A stretch of DNA of 62,406 bases from Octopus bimaculoides (taxonomy: Eukaryota), in the NCBI RefSeq assembly GCF_001194135.2, contig NC_068992.1, positions 3,248,200 through 3,310,605 on the forward strand, written 5' to 3'. The translations under genes were made by a program, and so were the position numbers. Positions within the stretch are counted from its first letter, which is position 1, and every line of letters begins with the position of its first letter. The notes below the pieces were generated by a model. The model did no database searches. It was not told the origin of the DNA and saw only the letters and a program-made list of their open reading frames with translations. Below, one piece after another: positions 37,556-48,942 of the stretch.

Positions 37556-38030
37556 TTATCAATGAAATAATAAAAGCAGCAGACTAGCCTTATTTCATAC
37601 GGACAAACAATACAATTGTGCTTATTTTGAGAGTAAGCTGTAGAAAAAAATTGACGTGTTAGAAGAAAACTGTAGTTTTGAAATCAGCATGTCAATTTTA
37701 GATTCAATCAAATGAAAAAGCAAACTCAACAGAAATTATGTTCAAAATTATTCTCATGTGTAATAGCTCTTCACTAATGTTTAATGTGAACTCAGACTGT
37801 GGTGAAATTAACCCAAAATAAACAGTATCTGTTATCGCGATATTTTGCTGCTTAATGATATCCTTTGGTTCTATTTATTGACAAAACGTGATATATAAAC
37901 TAATTTTTGTTGCAACTTTTCTCTTTGTGTCTGATGAAAATTGAATGACGTAAGCATCACATTTATACATATATGTATCAGATAAAATGCCCAGTGATAN
38001 NNNNNNNNNNNNNNNNNNNNNNNNNNNNNN

Positions 38031-38079
<49 letters not shown>

Positions 38080-38519
38080 GATTTATTTTTTCATTATTTA
38101 GTCTACTACGTTATATATTAATTTATATTAAAGCTCTGAATATGATATAATTCTATATTATTTTCAAATTCAGGCAGCCCTTTTGTAAACTTTGCACGAA
38201 TATTTCCTCGTTATAATTTAGCAATATTTATTAAAATTGTAATCGTGACTATCTGATTCCAGATAATATATTCGAAGTGTCATGCACATTTGCGTAAAGA
38301 TATTTTATAACCGAGCTTGGTTCTAGATTATTTGAATTCAGATTCTGCCAAAATCGACTTTGCTTTTTATTCCTCCGGGTTTCGATCTTTGGAATAAGAC
38401 ACATGATGACAATCGCACGCAGACATGCACACGCACATGCCTATGCATACACACACGCGCGCGCACACACATTCACAGACACACACACACACACACAAAT
38501 ACATACACGCATCCATACA

Positions 38520-39449
38520 AACACTCAATGTCTAGGTGCGAATGCTTCACTCGCGACACGAAGCTGTTCTTGCGGAACCGAAGCCCATTCTTGACGCAGT
38601 TTTACTTTCAACTCGTTTTCAAGATGGATCAAACAGAAAAATCCAACGGGTTGAGATCGGAGCTCCCTGAGGGCCATACATCCTTGTCAATGAACGACGG
38701 AATGTTTTTCTGAATCCAGTGTTGTGCCTATTCGGAACTGTGGGATGGTGCCAAGTCCTGTTGGAGGCTCCAAGGTGCGCCTTGAAAGTGCTCATTCAAC
38801 CATGAAAGCCGGCTTCCAGAATGTCACTAATGTATCGCTGGGTGTTAATTTTAACACCCGAGGGCACGGGGGGGGGGAACCTTCCAGTGGCTGTTACAGT
38901 CACCCAAACGATAACTGACTATCGATTTACGAGTCTACCCTCGACGGAGCCAGAATCACCCTTAAAATCGATCATCCTAGTGGTTTACTGTTTGTTCGAT
39001 GTCAAATTTCTTTTCACCAATAAAAAACAGATTGGGCAGCGTGCCTTCAGCAATCTGACGCAAGATAAGACGACTTCTCTCCAGTTTTATGGCTTTATAA
39101 ACTTGCGTGAGCTCATGACGGCCGATCATCTTGTAGGGGTAGGTCCTGGGATCCTCCTTCAGCACTCGATACATCGAAGTTTGGCTTATTTTTGCTGCGG
39201 CAACCAATTTTCTGACGGAACGACCAGTATTTCGCTGTATCTTTTCTTTGGTACCTTTGATAAGCTGAGGAGACCGCACACTTCTTTTTTCGGTGACGTC
39301 CAGGTCGATCAGCGGTGGAATCAGTCTCTTGAAATTTCTGTGTCAATCTTCCAGACTGTGTTTCGGTCAATTTTAAGCCTTTTTGCTATAGCTGTATTAC
39401 ATTCACCTCTTTTATGGAGGGTTATGTTTGTAGTTCGGTCTATAGCCAT
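38520..39449 (-). mobile_element. Disrupted Tc1/mariner-superfamily transposase of DD37D (maT) type
   Basis: ATG at 39449: MAIDRTTNITLHKRGECNTAIAKRLKIDRK (HTH)...YPYKM...LPNLFFIGEKKFDIEQTVNH...WSLQQDLAPSH..W..KNIPSFIDKDVWPSGSSDLNPLD, with exactly 37 residues between QQD and NPLD. Stops and frameshifts present. Confidence 0.88.
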
Positions 39450-39617
39450 TATCTAATTTGTAAATCTGAATTTATTTAGCCTGAAACAAAAAGAAGACAC
39501 ACCAAGCTTTTATAATGATATATAATTTTCATATTTTTACTGTACACTTCGGATAACATACCCACAGAGCGCGTTTTTTTTTTTTTTCGAATTATGAACT
39601 CTTCGATGACTTACACT

Positions 39618-39665
<48 letters not shown>

Positions 39666-39690
39666 GGCAGACAGGCAGGCAGACACACAC

Positions 39691-39724
<34 letters not shown>

Positions 39725-39738
39725 TGACAGAGACAGAG
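39618..39738. repeat. (GACA)n microsatellite (another at about 41870-41990)
   Basis: Directly visible. Confidence 0.95.
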
Positions 39739-41909
39739 AGCTGATATGCTCCCACATAGCCCCAAAACATATATCATGTTGTATATTCGAGTGTATTTTG
39801 GTGTGTATATATATGAATGTATGTAGATATGAAATAAATATTTTCCTTGCCTTTGAATAGTGAAAGTAAGTTCTGCATGCTACACAGGGCGACAAGATAG
39901 ATAGATTTTTGGCTAAAAATAGATAGATCCAACAACATTTTAATATATTGTAAGCAGATGTTGAGATAACATTCATTGTGAGCAAATAAAAATATTCAAG
40001 TACCGCCATGACATTTATTTGTGTATGGCGTGTATGCGTTTCATATACGTGTATATGTAAATATGTGAACGCATTTATCTATGCGTACGTGTGTGTGTAT
40101 AATATACGCCCGCGCCAATGTGTATGTATGTTTATGAATGTGTTCTGCATTTTCTTTCTATGTTTATTCATATACTAAACAATTTTAGGTTGTTTTTTTT
40201 CTTTTTGTTTGCATTTTTACATCTTCACGACTTTATTTCTTTCTACACGTTTGCATTCATATATTTGTTTCCTTTCAATGATCAGTCGAACATAGAGGTT
40301 TTGTTATACATACCACCATCGAAAACCATTTATGTGAACAGCCACGTTGGCGAGCTGAATACAATCCCGTCTATACGAATATCAGCTTATTCCATTGCGA
40401 CCATTATTCTGTGTTCTTTAGATCACACATCAATGTGACGAACAGTCCGTCATGTGTCAACTTTAAAGAAAAATAAACTTGGTCAATATACATTAGCGAC
40501 AGAAGCAGTTTTAATACCGTGAGGTAATATTTATCTCCACTAACACATGAATGTTCTTTTAGAACAAACTATACTGTGGTAGATACCGTGAGAGAAACTC
40601 TCATATTGGCCTTTGGTGCTGGCTACGTAAAGAAGTGTGCATATTGGCCTTGATGCTGGCGATATAAACAAGAGTGCATTTTGCACCAAAAGACAATTTG
40701 AAAGAGTCTCTCGTGACAACTACAGCAGTATACTTTGTTCTAATAGAACATCCACGTCTAAGTGGGGATGGATATTACCGAACTTAGTCAAATAACTGCC
40801 TAAACGTTAAGTAAATCAGAAGAAAGATAAAGTTTTGAGGAAAATAAGGAGCAAATTCAACCACCAGAACAGAGACAATAAATGCTTGAAGAAAATAATA
40901 TACATGAAGCAAATAGCCCCAGCATGGCCGCAGTTTAATGACTGAAAGAAGCAAGAGATAAAAGATATTCAAGTAGAATAAATACAAACAGTTCCTCTTC
41001 GATGAATCGAAGACCGACGTTTAGATCGTTGAGAAACGGCTAAATTTCCGGAGTCACAATCTATTTGCTTACACAGACTACCACTGACTTCGAATGTTGA
41101 GCCATAAACAGCTTAATCGAATCCAGTGTATGCTTAGTAATAGTTATATGGAAACCATAGTTGATGCGATGGAACTAAATACCATAAAGCAATAATGTGA
41201 TATTCTGTAAATTGATGTTGCTTTAATCATTCTAAATATAATTAAACGTTTCCAACATGCTAGATCCAAAATTAATATTTAGCTGTTATGTTTGATATTG
41301 CACTTAAATTACATTTAATTGCCCAAGGAATCATTCGTTGAAAATAGGTTTAATATGCATAATTGTAAAGGAAGCGCCTAAAAAGTATCTCTGCGTGATG
41401 TTTTAAAATTTAATTGAATCACTACTGGAAATGAATAATTAACAAAGTCGAAACTTCACCAATAGAAGCAGAAGTTTCACGCAGATTAACAGCGTTTTGC
41501 TTCAACAAGCATCAGGAAATTATCTAATTGTAGCTCCTATAACATAAATGGGTAGTAAATATGATTAGTATGAGCCGACATTCAAGATTAAATAGTTAGT
41601 CTTTTCCTCTTCCAATAAACTGATTAACGGGAAAAGTAATTTAGCATAATACGGTTAACATGAAAAATTTAACATTTGTGGAATAGTTGAGAAAATGACC
41701 AGGTTTCAATTGCTTAATATCTGATTGGCACTTCAGATACAAAGATAACATGCATAAATGAAAAAATAATCTCTCACTGGCTTTGCACTGTAAATATGAA
41801 TCGAAATGTAAAATAGAAAGAAAGGGAGTGAGAGAGAGAGAGAAAGAGAGCGGACGGAGAGTGACAGAAACACAGACATACAGACATACATACAGACAGA
41901 CAGACAGGC

Positions 41910-41940
<31 letters not shown>

Positions 41941-43239
41941 TAGACTGGCATACAAAAAGGCAGACAGACAGACTGACAAACAGATAGATAAACATATGTA
42001 CATCGAGTTATAACGACAAGACAAACGCACAGACAGACACACATCATGTGTTTTATATATGTATATATATAGATCACGTGACTCGTAATCCGCACACTAA
42101 TCTAATGTATGGTTTGATTCACCATGTTGTATCGCACTGTATATAGGAGTGGAGTGTGTGACCCCGAATTTTGGTTACGCGTCGAACTTCACATCGCGTA
42201 CATGTATGTATATTTGAATGAATGAATATATGTATGTATGCCGAATCACTAAGTTGCGGGACAGTCAAATAAAGAACAGCGGTCTATAAGCAGTATCAAC
42301 GGAAATACAAACGAGGTAACATGCAATGGGATTGAACCCAATACAACGACTTTGAAGCAACGGGAAATCGGAGAATAAAGAAGCTTAAGCAAAACAATTT
42401 ACGATTATACAATTTATGCCGTAACTAGAAAGAAATATTCTAGAATACTTATTAAATAAGTTTTAAATGCAGTAATAAAATCAACAACTGCAAAAAGTAG
42501 AAAAAAAAAAGATTATAAAATTTCCGGTAAATTAAATTGATCCATAGCACGTGAAACAGGTGACGACAGCCGTCACTTTTCATACAGAAAAAAAACTAAT
42601 GCGCCATAATAAAGTTCAAAGCAGTCTTCTTATGCAAAACTATAATTTTTCTCTCATTTTTTTTTTTTTTTGAAAGCTAGTTTTCAAAAGATATTTAAAT
42701 AAAGTTCTTTTTTTCCTCTAAAAATTAACTGAGGACAAAATACATAAATTTTATTATTACTTGGTTTCTTTAATGACAGAAAAAAGTTTGGTCGAATTGT
42801 TATCATCGAAATAATTCTTCAGAAAGTTTTGATTGATGGATTAGATGCCAATATATTCCTTCCAACTTTGTCCATTCGACATTTCTTTTTCAAGTTCTTT
42901 ATTTGTCTAAGAAACATTTAATCTCTGGTTTTTAGACACTGAAATATGGTTCAGGTTAAAACCCATTATAATTATTAATTATATTTTTTGAAATTTTAAT
43001 CGATCATGCAGTACTAAATTACGAATAGATTTTGTCTAGCAAAAATAAAATAAGTGTAAAGAAATAAACTTAGAATTGAAGAATAATAAAATAAAGTCTT
43101 TTAAACCTTGTTCAATAAAATTAATTTACTGATCGCAGAAACATTATCAAATATATAATGTTGTGAGAAACTTTATGAAAAGAACTAACAATATTCTGCA
43201 TTCTTATTACTTTTCTCGTAGTTTTGCATGAAACAGCCG

Positions 43240-44065
43240 TTGAGACCTGGGTTGAGAACAGCAATGCCCAAAGAAAGAACTCCAAACGACCGCAACAACT
43301 AGCGCAGAATAACCTTACACTTTATCACTAGCAAAGTGCTTTGCGGCGTTCTCCTTACCCTCCTGAAGAAGGTGGTTTAAAGAAATTTACAAGAGAAACA
43401 AACGGGATGCGGAAGTAGAAGATTGTGCAATGAACAAATGCTCATGTTATGCATAATCATTAAGCTGAATCAGAAACAACTAGTTTTGGATCAGCTTCAT
43501 CGACTTCAAAAAGGCCTTCAACAGCTTGCACATATAATCTCTTTGAAAGATCACGTACAGAAAAAAAGCATCCATTGGCGATAGTAACATCTTGAGATAA
43601 CTTTACAGGAAGTGGCGTTGCTGCGTTGGAAACAAAGATGAGGATATGGAAAGGTTCGACATCATCACATGGGTGCCACCTCTCTTTTAGTTGCTACTAG
43701 AAATGGACTTTGTTATAAGTAGGTCCAATGTGAAACCAGCACATGGCATCGAATAGAGACAAGAAGGACTTGCAGATCTTCACCTTACCAACAACAGTCT
43801 CTGATTCTTTTAGATCTACGCCTTCTATAATGTAAGACATGTCCACCAGTTTCAGCAACAGCAGATAAAAGTTAGTCTTCAGATCATCAATGGAAAGACG
43901 AAATAGATGATTATTATTGGCAGGAAGGGGAAACATCAGCAACCAGTTCGGTCGAAGGGCTAGTCTTAGAAGATCGTTGATTTCTTCATGTACCTGGGCA
44001 ATGACATTACTAATGATGGCAAATTGGAAACTGATGCTGGGAAAATGCCAGATAAAGCCCTTCCC
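43240..44065 (+). mobile_element. Decayed RTE-clade LINE reverse-transcriptase fragments
   Basis: MPKERTPNDRNN*RRITL, LQEKQTGCGSRRLCNEQM, FIDFKKAFNSLH and YLGNDITNDG match the RTE motifs NWRGITL, EEQAGFR, IDFKKAFDS and YLGS in order. Confidence 0.75.
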
Positions 44066-45138
44066 CCAGTCGCCGGAAGCTTGTACGGTCTAACCAGTCC
44101 TTCAACGAAGGTATCAAGCGCTGTTTGTATCCATCAAGCTACCTGTTTCTTAGGCTCTTCTTGTTGGCTATTCGGAAGCAAGCTAATAGCACATCATTGC
44201 ATATATATGTCTGCTAATTACGTAATAGGCCTTATCTTTATAATGGTGACGTGAAGAGACTTATGTCTGTTCCAATTCCATTTGTCATGATTCAGTTTTG
44301 TATTTGTCAGAGTAATTACATTTACGTAATATTTGGAGTGAACCCTACAAACCATCATCTGGATTATAAAATCATTTTCTATTTGTAATTCATTAACAAG
44401 CTATGGCCATGCTCATTATAGATCCGACACACACACCCGTTTAAATACGTCTGTGTGTGCATATGCATATGTGTTATCCTACCTAATAAGAAACCCTTGT
44501 AGAAATGCATGTTTCGTCAATATTATTATTTCCTCTATTNNNNNNNNNNNNNNNNNNNNNNNNNNNNNNNNNNNNNNNNNNNNNNNNNNNNNNNNNNNNN
44601 NNNNNNNNNNNNNNNNNNNNNNNNNNNNNNNNNNNNNNNNNNNNNNNNNNNNNNNNNNNNNNNNNNNNNNNNNNNNNNNNNNNNNNNNNNNNNNNNNNNN
44701 NNNNNNNNNNNNNNNNNNNNNNNNNNNNNNNNNNNNNNNNNNNNNNNNNNNNNNNNNNNNNNNNNNNNNNNNNNNNNNNNNNNNNNNNNNNNNNNNNNNN
44801 NNNNNNNNNNNNNNNNNNNNNNNNNNNNNNNNNNNNNNNNNNNNNNNNNNNNNNNNNNNNNNNNNNNCCAAACAATTAATTATATGTCTTGATAAACGTG
44901 TTCTGATCCGATAAATACTGATTTATTTTAACTCGGCACAACGCTAGTTTCAAAGAAAGCAAATAGATTTAATAGAACTTCAGCTAACCAGTCGTAATAC
45001 GAGTCGCAGCTTTTCGAGGCATTAGTATTGCCGGCTACCAGTCAGATGATCGACGTCTCGAATCCCATCATTTCCACTTTGTTGAAACCAATTCATAGAA
45101 AAGTAGAATTTCTCTGATATACATATAAGCATTATTTA

Positions 45139-45222
45139 CATTATTTACATTTGATGGAAACTTGTCCTTATCCGTCAAATGTAAATAATGTACATAATTC
45201 CTCATCTCTTAAATATAGAACT
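45139..45222. mobile_element. Fold-back (inverted) fragment of the 3' tail of the 45917-46240 element
   Basis: Arms 45139-45158 and 45171-45190 are 19/20 complementary; 45171-45222 matches the reverse complement of 45917-45968 at 49/52. Confidence 0.8.
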
Positions 45223-45916
45223 GTATACATATGAGGTATGAACATTAGATTGTTTATAACTTCAGGAGGCATTAATTTGAACATGAGTACATCCATGACC
45301 GAGTGATAGTATGATAATATAACTAAGCTATTCCGGTGATGCATGTGTGTGCGTAGTGTAGGAAACAGTGACGGGTAGTTTGTATGCCTCTCCCATCTCT
45401 AAACAAAATATAATATCAAACTTCACTGTCGCGTTAACATGTTTAACTCACGAATACGGAGAGCTAGATTTATAATGATTTTAAAATGACGGAATTCAAT
45501 AATGTGAAACCATATTCGTTGAAAGCTGGAATTGAATTCTGATGACAAATTGAATAATTTATTTAATTTCATTGATTAAATGAAAAGGTTCTTTTGTTAG
45601 CAAAGATAATCAATATCGAGTAGAATTGTGAAGTCTATGTAAATATTAAAAAATTGAAGGCAGAGCCAGAAAGAAATGAGGTCTTTGTTCATTGAGTGGT
45701 GTTATATTCTTGTCTGACACATAAATAATATTAGCTATTTATGTAAGATTTAAGCACTTGAAAATAAACAATAACACATACTACAAACTTTCTTATAAAA
45801 TGCGAGCATTAGGCGAAACAGAAACATGACTGGCTGGAGACATGAATGAAAATGGATGCTTCTAAGATAAAATGACACTTCGTTTGGTGAAAAACACACA
45901 AGTTGATTAATAATAC

Positions 45917-46102
45917 AGTTTTATATTTAAGAGATGAGGAATTATGTACATTCTTTACACTTGACGGACATTTGTCCTCATCTTGTTTGTTGTTAACACA
46001 ACGTTTCGGCTGATATACCCTCCAGCCTTCATCAGGTGTCTTGGGGAAATTTTGAACCTGGGTTCTCATTCCTAAGGTATTTTTCGATGTTGTTGTTGTT
46101 GT

Positions 46103-46135
<33 letters not shown>

Positions 46136-46240
46136 TAATATCATCATCATCATTATTACTATTATTATTCAGGTCACTGCCTGGAATCGAACTCGAAAAC
46201 TTGGGGTTAGTAGCCCGCGCTCTTAACCACTACGCCATAT
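45917..46240 (-). mobile_element. Composite non-autonomous retroelement: tRNA-like Pol III head + (AAT/GAT/AAC)n spacer + hammerhead + tail
   Basis: A box TGGCGTAGTGG (46227-46237), B box GTTCGATTCC (46183-46192), microsatellite 46088-46170, hammerhead 45995-46040. Confidence 0.65.
45995..46040 (-). ncRNA. Minimal type I hammerhead ribozyme, core intact
   Basis: GACAC CTGATGA A GGCTG GAGGGTATAT CAGCC GAAA CG TT GTGTT: 5-bp stem I, perfect 5-bp stem II, ACGT palindrome for dimeric helix III, GUU site. Confidence 0.75.
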
Positions 46241-46274
46241 GGTGAAATGTTATGAGTAAAATCTAAGAATCTGA

Positions 46275-46995
46275 AAAATAATAAGCGAAATCGATGAAGC
46301 AATTGAAAAAAAAAACAATCAAGTTTTATGGGAAAATTGCCCCCAAGCTGATATAACTATTAAGACCACATCTACGGTGTGTAGAAAAGTAATGGAAATC
46401 GATCTGGTTACATCCTGAAGAACACAATCGTGATGTTCCTCGGATTTATCAACAAGTCAGTGACTCTGGAAATATTAAAGAACAAATATGGAGCGATATC
46501 TCTGCTGGAGATCTCAGGATTGTACTGAGAAAATCTAGGAAATGGAAATTACCTGGAAAAGATAAAATTCCAAACTTCTGGTGATTGCTTTCACTGAATC
46601 TCTCGGGAAACTAATCCACCTCTTCAATAGTATTATACATAACCCTAGGAAAATCCCTCTCTGGTTTGTAAATGGAGTAAAGATACTACCCAAAAATAAC
46701 AAGACTAAAGACCCCCAAAACTACCGACCGATTGTATATCTTAGAACCATGTATAAAATAGTAACATCCACCATTACCATATATTTTCCAGATGGATAAC
46801 AAGATATTTCCCTAATGAACAAAGAGGCTCTTTTGGCCCTTTTGGTTGTAATGATCGACTTTTAGTCAATAAAGTTATTCTTGAAGACTACCACAAACGG
46901 TACAAAAATATTTTTATTGTTTGATCGATTACAAAAAACTACTTTACAGTCTTCCCCATAGATGTATCAAGAAATGCTTGAAAATATAAAAACTC
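46275..46995 (+). mobile_element. Decayed R4/Dong-clade non-LTR reverse-transcriptase N-terminal fragment
   Basis: WKLPGKDKIPNFW, LPKNNKTKDPQNYRPIVYLRTMYKIVTS, LLVNKVILED; matches NYRPITCLPTxYK and DQLLINKAILE motifs of R4/Dong. Confidence 0.8.
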
Positions 46996-47059
46996 ACCGG
47001 GTTTTGCGGGGTTTTTTCTTGTTTTCCGTAGGGTCCTTTGTCGTCCTCTTGTGCTTTGG

Positions 47060-47277
47060 AAGGTGGCGAACTGGCAAAATCGTTAGCACACCGGACAGAA
47101 TGCTTGGCGGCATTTCGTCTGTCATTACGTTATAAGTTCAAATTCCGCTGAGGTCCACTTTACTTTTCATCCTTTAGGGGTCGATAAAACAAGTACCAGT
47201 CGAGGACTGGGGTCGATATAATTGACTAGCTCCCTTCCTCGCAAATTTCCGGTTTTGTGTCTATAGTAGAAAAAATC
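47060..47277 (+). mobile_element. SINE family A (diverged), tail type 2
   Basis: Full head, body and tail homologous to 22907 and 50252. Confidence 0.8.
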
Positions 47278-47475
47278 ATTGTTTTTTTTTCTTTTTTTAA
47301 TCGTAACACTACGCACACTTTAACCCCAACAGTCAGTGGTTTGTGTGTGTGTGCATCAAGAAACCAACCACCTCGTTATCAAAAGACAAATAAAGCCTCT
47401 TCTCTTTTAGCTAGACACGAATTTTTATGATTTGATAAATAACCAAAGACAGACAGACAAACAAACACGCACGCA

Positions 47476-47555
<80 letters not shown>

Positions 47556-47556
47556 A
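47476..47556. repeat. (GAAA)n microsatellite
   Basis: Directly visible. Confidence 0.97.
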
Positions 47557-48206
47557 GGGATAGATATCAGTTCTCGAAGATATGATTGTTTGAACATGTG
47601 TCAGAAGAAATCCAGAATCTTTTAATAAAGATATTTTATTATTCCGCGGCAGGAAAGGCATTCTGTTTCTGAAACATGAAAACTTATTTTGCTTTCACAA
47701 ACGAAATATAAAAAAATCCCGCTCAGAGTTCGTAAATAGAAAACAGATAATACTCGATTAAAGCATTACAAAGAAAGAAAAAAAGACGGGTAGCTAATAT
47801 CGGCTTTAAAAAGCGGAAAATCAACATATGTTTCTATGTAACAAAAATGGTATTGACGTTGCTTTCGATTTTAGCATTTGAATTTATCTATTTCTAGAAA
47901 TTCACAAGTCATCGTGACATTACACATTTCCAAAGAGAAGACTTTTGAATTCAGAAAATGACATAAGTAAACTATTGGAATATATACAGTAAGGAGGATG
48001 TTCCATACAACAGATAAAGGAATTTTTGTGTCTTATATGTTTTTCCTTTTAGTTTTATTTTAGTGCTTCTTAAGACAGTTCAAGCAGGTCACTAGCAGAC
48101 ATTTTGAGTTGAAAGAGTTCCCGGTGTTTATAAATGTGTAGTTGAGTTGGTACGTTGGCTGAGTTGTTCATACACATGGCTAAGTGTGTGCATCCATGTA
48201 TGTATG

Positions 48207-48588
48207 TCTCTTCTATTTGTTTAATTATTATAAATCTTCCACTGAGGAGGTAGCCGGTTTCCAACAAAGATACAAGGCTCCATCTTTGGGATGTAGGTAA
48301 CACAGACAAATTCACATTTAGAACTTGAGTGAAGTCTTGCATATTTTTACTGTTCCACTCACAGATTGCACTTGTAATGTACGAATCAGCCGGTCAGTTT
48401 CTCTTTCTGAAAATCCCAGTTTATCCAGCTTCTCCTTTAAGCATTTACAAACAAAACCTAGTGCTCCAATTATTATTGGTATGAATATGAATTCATTAGT
48501 CTGGATATAGAAACTGGAGGTTTCGAAGCAGTTGTCCATAGACATCCTGCTTTTCTTTGATTTTCAAAGAGATATTTATATCTGCAGG
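48207..48588 (-). mobile_element. 5'-truncated R4/Dong-like RLE retrotransposon 3' end (family 2)
   Basis: PADINISLKIKEKQDVYGQLLRNLQFLYPD / FIPIIIGALGFVCKCLKEKLDKLGFSERETDRLIRTLQVQSVSGTVKICKTSLKF*; the IIIGALG motif is typical of the RLE C-terminus. (TATG)n on both sides. Confidence 0.8.
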
Positions 48589-48810
48589 GTAGATGTATGC
48601 NNNNNNNNNNGTGTATGTATGTATGTTTATATGTAATGTATATATGTATGGTGATGAGAAAATAACTGGTTTGTCTAAGAAAAGTTCCAGTTCAGGGATT
48701 TTCAACAATTTCTAGAATTCTTCAGCCCGGCCGTGCCATCGGGGTGCATTGCGTGTCCAGGACGAACGTTATGCATAAATCATTTTGCATGCACTTATTC
48801 ATGTCTGAGC

Positions 48811-48819
48811 AACAGCAGC

Positions 48820-48888
<69 letters not shown>

Positions 48889-48942
48889 TGTGTTGATATT
48901 GTTGTTGTTGTTGGTGGTGGTGGTGGTGGTGGTGGTGGTGGT
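48811..48942. repeat. (AGC)(AGT)n(GTT)(GGT)n compound trinucleotide microsatellite
   Basis: Directly visible. Confidence 0.95.

Noticed and set aside
46171-46237. tRNA gene (also 54503-54570)
   Set aside because: A and B boxes are present but there is no 7-bp acceptor stem or terminator, and both continue into repeat bodies; these are SINE-type heads
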